From the NCBI GenBank assembly GCA_021828545.1, contig JAJZEN010000081.1, forward strand, positions 1,849 to 65,848: a stretch of DNA of 64,000 nucleotides, written 5' to 3'. This DNA comes from Actinomycetes bacterium. GTDB lineage: Bacteria > Actinomycetota > Acidimicrobiia > Acidimicrobiales > RAAP-2. The notes under the pieces were generated by a model. The model was given only the letters and a program-made list of their open reading frames with translations, did not search any database and was not told the origin of the DNA. The translations under genes were made by a program, and so were the position numbers. Positions 56,996 through 64,000 of this stretch are shown piece after piece (position 1 is the first letter of the stretch; each line of letters begins with the position of its first letter).

Positions 56996-58494
56996 GAGGG
57001 CCCAACCCCAGCCATCAACATCCCGATTTCCTCGCGAGACATCGTCGGCTCCACTACCCCCATGACCCCGCCGTCGAAGAGCACGGCGATGCGGTCTCCC
57101 AGGGCCAATACTTCGTCGAGTTCCGAACTCACGATCAATACTCCCAGTCCGCCGTTGCGCTGTTCCACTATTTGTCGGTGCACGTATTCGATGGACCCCA
57201 CGTCGAGCCCTCGGGTGGGTTGAGCCGCAATGAAGCAAGTAAGGGGACGCGACAACTCACGGGCGACGATGACCTTTTGCTGATTGCCGCCGGATAATGA
57301 ACCGGTCGGTGACTTCACGGAGGTAGTCCGCACGTCGAAACGCTGGGCCAACTCTTCTGCGTTGGCCGTGACCGCCGCCAAATTGCGAGTACCTCGACGT
57401 GCGAAGGGTGCGCGACGAGAGGTATTGAGTACCAAGTTGTCCTCGACACTCATCGACAGCACGAGGCCGTCACGCTGTCGGTCTTCGGGGACGTGCCCGA
57501 GACCCGCGTCGAGGATCTGGCGAGGAGTGCGGTTGGTCACGTCGCGTCCACCCAGAGTGATTGTCCCCGATTCGACGCGACGAAGTCCGGCAATGGCCTC
57601 GACCAGCTCAGTCTGTCCGTTCCCCTGCACTCCCGCGATCGCCAAGATCTCGCCCGAACGGACGTCCAGGGAGACGCCCTTGACGACCGTGATACCCCGG
57701 TCGTCACGAACCACCACGTCGCGCAACTCGAGCACTGGATCGCCCGCATGAACCGCCTCTTTGGTCACCTTTAAGTTGACGTCACGCCCGACCATGAGGG
57801 AGGCCAGTTCACCCTCGGATCGAGTGGGGGGGACCGAATCAATGATCTTCCCCTGGCGAATCACGGTGATGACGTCACCGACGGCCCGCACTTCCTTGAG
57901 CTTGTGGGTGATGAAGAGTATGGATTTGCCATCGTCGGCGAGTGACCGCATGATGTCCATCAGACTGTCAATCTCTTGGGGCGTGAGAACCGCGGTGGGC
58001 TCGTCGAGTATCAAGAGTTCCGCGTCATGGCTGAGAGCCTTAAGAATCTCGACGCGCTGCTGTAACCCGACGGGAAGATTCTCGACGAGTGCTTCGGGGT
58101 CCACTTCAAGGCCGAACTTTTCTGATAGAGCACGGATCTCGCTGTGGGCCCGTCGTCGGTCGAGGCGGCCGAGCGATTTTGTCGGCTCGAAGCCCAGTAC
58201 GACGTTTTCTGCGACACTAAAGACAGGAACCAGCATGAAGTGTTGGTGCACCATGCCAATCCCGCGCCGAACCGCATCGCCGGAATTGGAAAAACGAACT
58301 GGTTGGTTGTCGAGAAGAATCTCGCCCTCGTCGGCGCGCATTAAGCCGAAGACGATGTTCATCAGGGTCGATTTCCCCGCACCGTTCTCACCGAGTAGGC
58401 AGTGGATCTGGCCTGGTTCGACAATGAGGTCAATCGCGTCATTGGCGGTGAAGGAGCCAAAACGTTTCGTGATTCCTCGTAGTTCAACTCGCAT
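56992..58494 (-). CDS. CUT2-type double-domain ABC ATPase (NupA-like)
   Basis: GENGAGKST, MVHQHF, second domain GVQGNGQTEL and LSGGNQQK. Confidence 0.93.
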   Translation of the reverse strand: MRVELRGITKRFGSFTANDAIDLIVEPGQIHCLLGENGAGKSTLMNIVFGLMRADEGEILLDNQPVRFSNSGDAVRRGIGMVHQHFMLVPVFSVAENVVLGFEPTKSLGRLDRRRAHSEIRALSEKFGLEVDPEALVENLPVGLQQRVEILKALSHDAELLILDEPTAVLTPQEIDSLMDIMRSLADDGKSILFITHKLKEVRAVGDVITVIRQGKIIDSVPPTRSEGELASLMVGRDVNLKVTKEAVHAGDPVLELRDVVVRDDRGITVVKGVSLDVRSGEILAIAGVQGNGQTELVEAIAGLRRVESGTITLGGRDVTNRTPRQILDAGLGHVPEDRQRDGLVLSMSVEDNLVLNTSRRAPFARRGTRNLAAVTANAEELAQRFDVRTTSVKSPTGSLSGGNQQKVIVARELSRPLTCFIAAQPTRGLDVGSIEYVHRQIVEQRNGGLGVLIVSSELDEVLALGDRIAVLFDGGVMGVVEPTMSREEIGMLMAGVGPS

Positions 58495-58512
58495 GGCTAG
58501 GTATCGTAGCGA

Positions 58513-58551
58513 CGAACTCGACCCGGGCCTTTCGGGCCCGGGTCGAGTTCG
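58513..58551 (-). terminator. Stem-loop between the BMP gene and nupA
   Basis: Perfect 17-bp stem CGAACTCGACCCGGGCC/GGCCCGGGTCGAGTTCG. Confidence 0.7.
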
Positions 58552-58581
58552 CTTCGCGTCGGTTCGAAAACCAAGTGCTGA

Positions 58582-59685
58582 TTAGCTTGGCGTCGCCGGG
58601 TACGAGTTCGGATTCACCGAAATCTTGCCACTCTCGATACCCCGCGTCAGGCTGGCGAGGCTGGCACGCAACTTCGCCGACACCGCGACACTATTGATGT
58701 CGAGCTGGGTCCCGTTATTCTTCAATGTGCCAATGTAACTGCCACCCTTAAAGGTGCCCGCGTAGGCGCTCTCTACGGCATTTGCCACCGAGGGCTCCAC
58801 GCCCTTGGCCACGGTGGCGTTGAAGTACTTGCAATCCTGAGCGTCCGATACGCACCCGTTGGAGTCAACCCATGTCACGTACTTCCCCTTGCCCGCCTGC
58901 TGAACGGCGGCCACGGAACCCAGGCCCACTGAACCAGCGACCGGGAAGACGATGTCGGCACCTTCGGCAATGAAACTCGCCGTATCCTGGCGACCGGCGG
59001 TCTGGTCGGTGAAGTTGCCCACGAAGGTTCCCGTGCCGGGACAACTCACGAGCGTGCACGTTCCCTTGCCGGGCGTAAAGCCGAGAACCTTGACCTTGGC
59101 CTTGTTGGCCATGTCGTAGTAGCGCACACCCGCGACGAAGCCACTTTCGTACATCGTCACCGAACTGAAGTTCTCACCGCCGTATGTCGCGACCACGCCG
59201 GTCTTCGACTCCGCCGCGTCGAGGAAGCCGCCGAGGAAGGCCGCCTGGTTGGTCTGGTACTGAAGAGCCTCGAGTTCGTGTGACTTCTTGGCTTCCGACA
59301 AGGGGTTGTCGTCAACGATGGCGAACTTCTGTGTCGGGTCGGCTTCCGCGGCGGCCGCAGTGGCGGCGTCCATCAAGAAGCCGACGGTGATGATGATGTT
59401 GCAACTTTCGCCCTCGAACGTCTTGATGTTGGGAGCGTAGTCCGAGGACGAAGTGGACGACAGATAACTAATGCTGATCTTCGGGTCCTTCTTCTTTGCG
59501 TCCTGTAGACCTTTCCACGCCGAAGCATTGAATGAGTGGTCATTAATGCCGCCCGTGTCAGTGACGACGCACGCCTTAAACTTGGTGGCTGCTGTCGCGG
59601 TGACCGCGCCAACGCCGATCGTCACGGTGCCCAGGACCAGTGAACTGGCTCCCAGCACCATGGCGAGGCGACGAGTGTTCTTCAT
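58582..59685 (-). CDS. BMP/PnrA-family nucleoside-binding protein
   Basis: TDTGGINDHSFNASAWKGL, IITVGF, GADIVFPVAG and AKGV motifs. ATG 59685 follows AAGGGAG. Confidence 0.92.
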   Translation of the reverse strand: MKNTRRLAMVLGASSLVLGTVTIGVGAVTATAATKFKACVVTDTGGINDHSFNASAWKGLQDAKKKDPKISISYLSSTSSSDYAPNIKTFEGESCNIIITVGFLMDAATAAAAEADPTQKFAIVDDNPLSEAKKSHELEALQYQTNQAAFLGGFLDAAESKTGVVATYGGENFSSVTMYESGFVAGVRYYDMANKAKVKVLGFTPGKGTCTLVSCPGTGTFVGNFTDQTAGRQDTASFIAEGADIVFPVAGSVGLGSVAAVQQAGKGKYVTWVDSNGCVSDAQDCKYFNATVAKGVEPSVANAVESAYAGTFKGGSYIGTLKNNGTQLDINSVAVSAKLRASLASLTRGIESGKISVNPNSYPATPS

Positions 59686-59823
59686 TTGATTCTCCCTTGT
59701 TGTAGATGGCCATGGGGCCCCACCGCGAGAGACGCGCCTCCGACCCGGCGACGTACCCGTTGGTGTCAACTGCCGACACTAGTCCCCAGTCTGGTGCGGA
59801 GGGGGAGGGAAAAATGTTAAGAG

Positions 59824-61305
59824 TTAGTGTCCAGCGGCCGCCGCCGCGGCGGCTGGATCGCCCTGGGGGGCGTGGCTGGAATGATGTCCGACCTTGGCGG
59901 GCAGGGCCAGCGCCACGAAGAACGCCACCAGGGTGATGACGGCAGAAATCTCGAAGGCGCGCACGTACCCCCCGACTTCGGCGACCCTGAGGGGGCTGGC
60001 GCCACGACCCGCGAGGAGCGCCCGCGTTCGATCAAACGCGACGGTGCCCAGTATTGCGAGAGACAACGAGCCGCCCACCTGTCGGGCCGTATTGAGCACT
60101 CCTGACGCGAGGCCCGCGTCCGCGCGGTCCACGTTCGCGGTCGCGGCGGTGGCCAGGGGGGCGAAGAGTAACCCCATGGCGAAAGAGCACAAGAAACCTG
60201 GTGCAAAGAGGTCGGACCAGTACGCGCTGGTCGTGGAGATCAACGACAGCCAAAAGAACCCCAAGGTGGCGAAGGCCGCGCCCACGAGCAAGAGCGGTCG
60301 TACCCCAGTCTTCACGAGGAGGCGCGAACTCAACTGGGCACCAATGATGATCGCCACGGCCATCGGCAAGAAGGCGAATCCCGTGCGCACTGCGCCGTAA
60401 CCGAGCACGTTCTGGAAGTAGTACGTGAGGAAGAACCACATCGCGAAGAAGGCGCCGCCGGCGAGGACCATCACGATGTTGGCGACGGTGAGTGGACGAG
60501 ATTGAAATATCCGAAAGGCCACGAGAGGGTGCGATGCGACCCTCGCCTCCCAGAAGATGAATCCGATGAGGAGGACGGCGGCGCCGATTAACCACGACAG
60601 CGTGGACGACGAGGTCCAACTCGAGGTCGTGGTATTCACCACTCCGTAGATCAGGGCGGTAAGGCCGGCCGTCACCAGCAGTGCTCCCGTGACGTCGAGT
60701 TTGACCGTCGCTTCGCGACTGCGTCGCTCTTGGAGATAGAGCGTGGCCACCGTCGTGGCGGCGATACCGAAGGGCACGTTGACGAAGAAACACCAGCGCC
60801 AACTGGCCAGTCCCGTCAAGAGGCCGCCGGCGAGCCCCCCCACGGCGCCACCCGCGCCCGCCACGGCGCTCCACGCGCCAATGGCCTTGGGAAGTCGTGC
60901 CCCCGAGAACGTGGTGACGATGATGGTGAGCGTCGCGGGTGACAAGATTGCCCCCCCGAGTCCCTGCACGGCGCGTGCGACGATCATCTGCGTGCCCGTG
61001 TGCGCGAAACCCGCGGCCACACTGGAGAGTGTGAAGACGGCGGTGCCCAGTAAATAGACCTTGCGGCGACCGAACAGGTCCGCGGCGCGCCCGCCGAGGA
61101 GGAGGAATCCGGCGAACGTCAGCACGTAGGCATTGATGACCCACTGGGCCTTGGTCTGACTCATGCCGAGATCGTGGCCCATATGCGGAAGGGCCACATT
61201 GACGATGGAGACGTCGAGCACCACCATGAACTGTGCGACGCAGGCGATGGAGAGGATGAGCCAGTCGGGAGCGTGACGCGAGGTGGTTGGCGAGGTTGAC
61301 GTCAT
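59824..61305 (-). CDS. DHA2 (EmrB/QacA) MFS efflux transporter
   Basis: FMVVLDVSIVNVALP, GGRAADLFGRRK, SWRWCFFVNVP and ARQVGGSL motifs. Confidence 0.93.
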   Translation of the reverse strand: MTSTSPTTSRHAPDWLILSIACVAQFMVVLDVSIVNVALPHMGHDLGMSQTKAQWVINAYVLTFAGFLLLGGRAADLFGRRKVYLLGTAVFTLSSVAAGFAHTGTQMIVARAVQGLGGAILSPATLTIIVTTFSGARLPKAIGAWSAVAGAGGAVGGLAGGLLTGLASWRWCFFVNVPFGIAATTVATLYLQERRSREATVKLDVTGALLVTAGLTALIYGVVNTTTSSWTSSSTLSWLIGAAVLLIGFIFWEARVASHPLVAFRIFQSRPLTVANIVMVLAGGAFFAMWFFLTYYFQNVLGYGAVRTGFAFLPMAVAIIIGAQLSSRLLVKTGVRPLLLVGAAFATLGFFWLSLISTTSAYWSDLFAPGFLCSFAMGLLFAPLATAATANVDRADAGLASGVLNTARQVGGSLSLAILGTVAFDRTRALLAGRGASPLRVAEVGGYVRAFEISAVITLVAFFVALALPAKVGHHSSHAPQGDPAAAAAAAGH

Positions 61306-61396
61306 GGGTCTCAGTGTATGCCGGGGGTGTTACACCGCGACCGAGCGGACTTCGTTCACTCGGCGCTCGGCGCTCGAAATACGCCAGACTAGAGAG

Positions 61397-63073
61397 ATGG
61401 CCGCCCAGTACATCTTCACCATGCGCGATTTGCGTCGTTTCTATCCGCCCGACCGTGAGGTCCTGAAGGGCATTCATCTCTCCTTTTACCCGGGGGCGAA
61501 AATCGGCGTGATCGGGTCCAACGGTTCGGGGAAGTCTTCACTGTTGCGCATCATGGCCGGTCTCGACGACGGCTTCACGGGTGAAGCACGACTCACGCCG
61601 GGCTTCACGGTGGGCTATCTGCCCCAGGAGCCTCAGCTCGACCCGACGAAGGACGTGGTGGGTAACGTCGCTGACGGAGTGGCGGAACAACGAGACCTTC
61701 TGGCGCGCTTCAATGAGGTATGCGCCGCGTTCGGGGATTCCGACGCCGACTTCGACGCACTGCTGACCGAGCAGTCCACGTTGCAGTCCAAGATTGACGC
61801 CCTCGGCGCGTGGGACCTGGAACGAACGCTAGAGATTGCGATGGACGCCTTGCGTCTGCCCGCGCCCGACGCCGACGTGACCAAACTCTCGGGGGGTGAA
61901 CGCCGTCGGGTGGCGCTGTGCCGGTTGCTCTTGTCACACCCGGATCTGTTGTTGCTCGACGAGCCCACCAACCACCTAGACGCGGAATCAGTGGCGTGGT
62001 TGGAGCGAACTCTCCAGGACTACAGCGGTACCGTGGTCGCGATCACCCATGATCGGTACTTCCTCGACAATGCGGCGTCGTGGATCCTGGAACTCGATCG
62101 GGGTCACGGCATTCCCTGGGAGGGGAACTACTCCTCGTGGTTAGAACAGAAGCAGGCCCGACTGGCGGGCGAGGAGAAGGCCGATAAGGTTCGTCAAGCG
62201 GCGCTCGAACGCGAACTCGAGTGGATTCGTATGTCGCCGCGCGCTCGTCAGAGTAAGGGCAAGGCCCGCCTGAGCGCCTTCAATGAGTTAGTGGCCGAAT
62301 CAGAGGCAGCCGAACGACGCGCCGACAAACTCGAGATCGCGATTCCACCGGGACCGCGACTGGGTGACGTCGTGGTGAACGCCGCCAAGCTGACGAAGGC
62401 CTACGACGATCGTCTGCTCATTGAGGACCTCGATTTTCTCCTCCCGCCGGGGGGCATCGTGGGCGTGATCGGGGCCAACGGGGCGGGCAAGACCACGCTG
62501 TTCAAAATGATGGTGGGGCTCGAGGCGCCCACCTCCGGCACCCTCGACATTGGATCGACCGTCGCGTTCGCGTACGTGGATCAGTCGCGCGATGACCTCG
62601 ACCCCCAGGCGACGGTCTTCGACGAAATTAGTGGCGGTCAGGAACGCATGATGGTGGGCGCGAGGGAGATCCACGCTCGGGCCTACGTCGCGAGTTTCGG
62701 TTTCAAGGGGTCGGATCAGCAAAAGAAGGTGGGCGAGATCTCCGGAGGCGAACGCAACCGAGTGCAGCTGGCCAAGGTTTTGCGCACGGGGGGGAACGTG
62801 TTGCTCCTCGACGAACCCACCAATGACTTGGACGTCGATACCCTGCGCGCGTTGGAGGACGGTCTCCTCACCTTTCCGGGCTGCGTCGTCGTGATCAGCC
62901 ACGACCGGTGGTTCCTCGACCGTATCGCCACCCACGTGCTCGCCTTCGAGGGTGACACGGTGGTGCGCTGGTTCGAAGGGAACTTCTCGGACTATGAGGC
63001 GGAGCGCCATAAGCGGCTGGGTACCGACGCGGACCAGCCTCACCGCATCCGCTACAAGCCCCTCACGCGCTAG
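61397..63073 (+). CDS. ettA: Energy-dependent translational throttle protein (ABC-F)
   Basis: MAAQYIFTM, two ATPase domains (GSNGSGKS, GANGAGKT), ELEWIR linker and HRIRYKPL. Start revised to ATG 61397. Confidence 0.95.
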   Translation: MAAQYIFTMRDLRRFYPPDREVLKGIHLSFYPGAKIGVIGSNGSGKSSLLRIMAGLDDGFTGEARLTPGFTVGYLPQEPQLDPTKDVVGNVADGVAEQRDLLARFNEVCAAFGDSDADFDALLTEQSTLQSKIDALGAWDLERTLEIAMDALRLPAPDADVTKLSGGERRRVALCRLLLSHPDLLLLDEPTNHLDAESVAWLERTLQDYSGTVVAITHDRYFLDNAASWILELDRGHGIPWEGNYSSWLEQKQARLAGEEKADKVRQAALERELEWIRMSPRARQSKGKARLSAFNELVAESEAAERRADKLEIAIPPGPRLGDVVVNAAKLTKAYDDRLLIEDLDFLLPPGGIVGVIGANGAGKTTLFKMMVGLEAPTSGTLDIGSTVAFAYVDQSRDDLDPQATVFDEISGGQERMMVGAREIHARAYVASFGFKGSDQQKKVGEISGGERNRVQLAKVLRTGGNVLLLDEPTNDLDVDTLRALEDGLLTFPGCVVVISHDRWFLDRIATHVLAFEGDTVVRWFEGNFSDYEAERHKRLGTDADQPHRIRYKPLTR

Positions 63074-63125
63074 GTGCTGTAGTTACGGGTTTGTACCGCC
63101 CCGTGGCGTCGTAGAGTGGCTGAGC

Positions 63126-63881
63126 GTGACCGGTACCGATTATTCAACGTATCTCAAGATCGATGATCTCCTCACGCTGCAGGTCCCGCTGACGCCCGGC
63201 GCACCTGATGAACTCCTGTTCATCGTGGTACACCAGTCATACGAGCTGTGGTTCAAGGTAATCATTGACGAGATTCGACGGGCCCGCGACGCACTCGGGC
63301 GCAACGAGCCTTGGAATGCCACGGCGCACCTAAAGCGGTTGATCGCTATCGAAGACTTGTTATTGGAGCATCTGCGCGTTCTTGAAACGATGTCACCCGA
63401 GGGGTTCTTGTCATTTCGTGATCCCCTGGACCCGGCCTCGGGGTTTCAGTCGGTCCAGTTCCGGGCCATCGAATTCCTTAGCGGGGCGGGTGTGCCCGCC
63501 ATGCTGGAATTTCACCTCTTCGACGACGTGCAACGCGCGTGGCTACGTGAAACGAGCGAGTCTCCCTCGCTCTGGCACCACTTCGTTGCGTCGTTGCACC
63601 GGACCCTTGAGGTGGATGATGACGCCGAGACTCTCGATGTAGTGGCGACGCTCTACCGGGATCATCGTGCGCCCGCAACCTCGGCGCTGTATGCGGTCGC
63701 TGAACTCATGATGGATCACGACGAGCGCCTGGCGATGTGGCGCCATCAGCACATGCTGATGGCTGGACGGCAGATCGGTCGGCGACCGGGCACGGGTGGT
63801 TCACAGGGCATGGCGTATCTCGACACGACGTTGGGTCGGCGTCTCTACCCCGTGCTATGGGAAGTAAGGAGCATCTTGTGA
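63126..63881 (+). CDS. kynA: Tryptophan 2,3-dioxygenase
   Basis: [34 protein letters not shown] and GTGGSQG. GTG 63126 has TAGAGT 8 nt upstream. Confidence 0.93.
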   Translation: MTGTDYSTYLKIDDLLTLQVPLTPGAPDELLFIVVHQSYELWFKVIIDEIRRARDALGRNEPWNATAHLKRLIAIEDLLLEHLRVLETMSPEGFLSFRDPLDPASGFQSVQFRAIEFLSGAGVPAMLEFHLFDDVQRAWLRETSESPSLWHHFVASLHRTLEVDDDAETLDVVATLYRDHRAPATSALYAVAELMMDHDERLAMWRHQHMLMAGRQIGRRPGTGGSQGMAYLDTTLGRRLYPVLWEVRSIL

Positions 63882-64000
63882 TCACTCGCGACGAATGCCG
63901 GGCGTGCGATGCGGATGATCCGTTGGCGTCGTTGCGCCAGGAATTTCTCTTGGGGGAGGATGAAATCTACTTGGATGGCAATTCTCTCGGGCCGGTGTCG
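63878..64000 (+). CDS. kynU: Kynureninase (3' partial)
   Basis: [25 protein letters not shown]...IYLDGNSLG; coupled to kynA by a GTGA overlap. Confidence 0.85.
   Translation, partial: MITRDECRACDADDPLASLRQEFLLGEDEIYLDGNSLGPVS

Noticed and set aside
59686-59810. Purine or other riboswitch in the BMP 5' leader
   Set aside because: Only short hairpins; I could not match purine, ZTP or other known aptamer consensus. An Infernal/Rfam scan would settle it.
61283-63881. Extended N-termini given by the ORF track for ettA (61283) and kynA (62952), and similarly for the decarboxylase, GH1, anti-sigma, rimO, cdd, nupB and BMP
   Set aside because: The extensions overlap neighbouring genes or promoters and lack family similarity; downstream starts have Shine-Dalgarno, TANNNT or stop-start coupling support.

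Overview
A 64-kb GC-rich chromosomal segment (roughly two-thirds GC by eye) from an actinobacterium. Gene content and style suggest Acidimicrobiia, probably acidophilic; this is inference, not a database result. I see no integrase, transposase, phage gene or CRISPR array. In order: a ClC channel (partial), tandem GNAT, DUF3048, agmatinase, PLP decarboxylase and pheA; a LacI-controlled Opp/Dpp-type (family 5) ABC importer with a GH1 beta-glucosidase; an MFS and a PhnZ-like HD protein; a SigK-like ECF sigma/anti-sigma/target module; tRNA-Ser(TGA) and typA; two translationally coupled degenerate PD-(D/E)XK-fold proteins; two microproteins; two large secreted proteins (propeller plus GH25-like, and an S53 protease); DUF4395, NUDIX and tRNA-Ser(GCT); rimO-pgsA-cinA-recA with an SOS box; serB, pepP, bioY and rmlA/B/C; a ~16.7-kb nucleoside and pseudouridine catabolism supercluster; a DHA2 MFS, ettA and kynA-kynU (partial). 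Three frameshifted gene remnants (TauE, PLDc_N-SHOCT, FN3-OmpA) are not apparent from the ORF track. Most interesting observations: the tandem pseudo-nuclease pair; loss of the lipobox in four protein families that are usually lipoproteins; an ECF promoter motif (TGATCCCTCG-N12-CGTA) readable directly from the sequence; a split ALDH16-like pair; a leaderless, structured ~290-nt transcript; and a patch of 50-bp direct repeats. Many start codons were revised using TANNNT boxes 6-8 nt upstream (leaderless mRNAs). Family assignments rest on motif recognition, not on searches.
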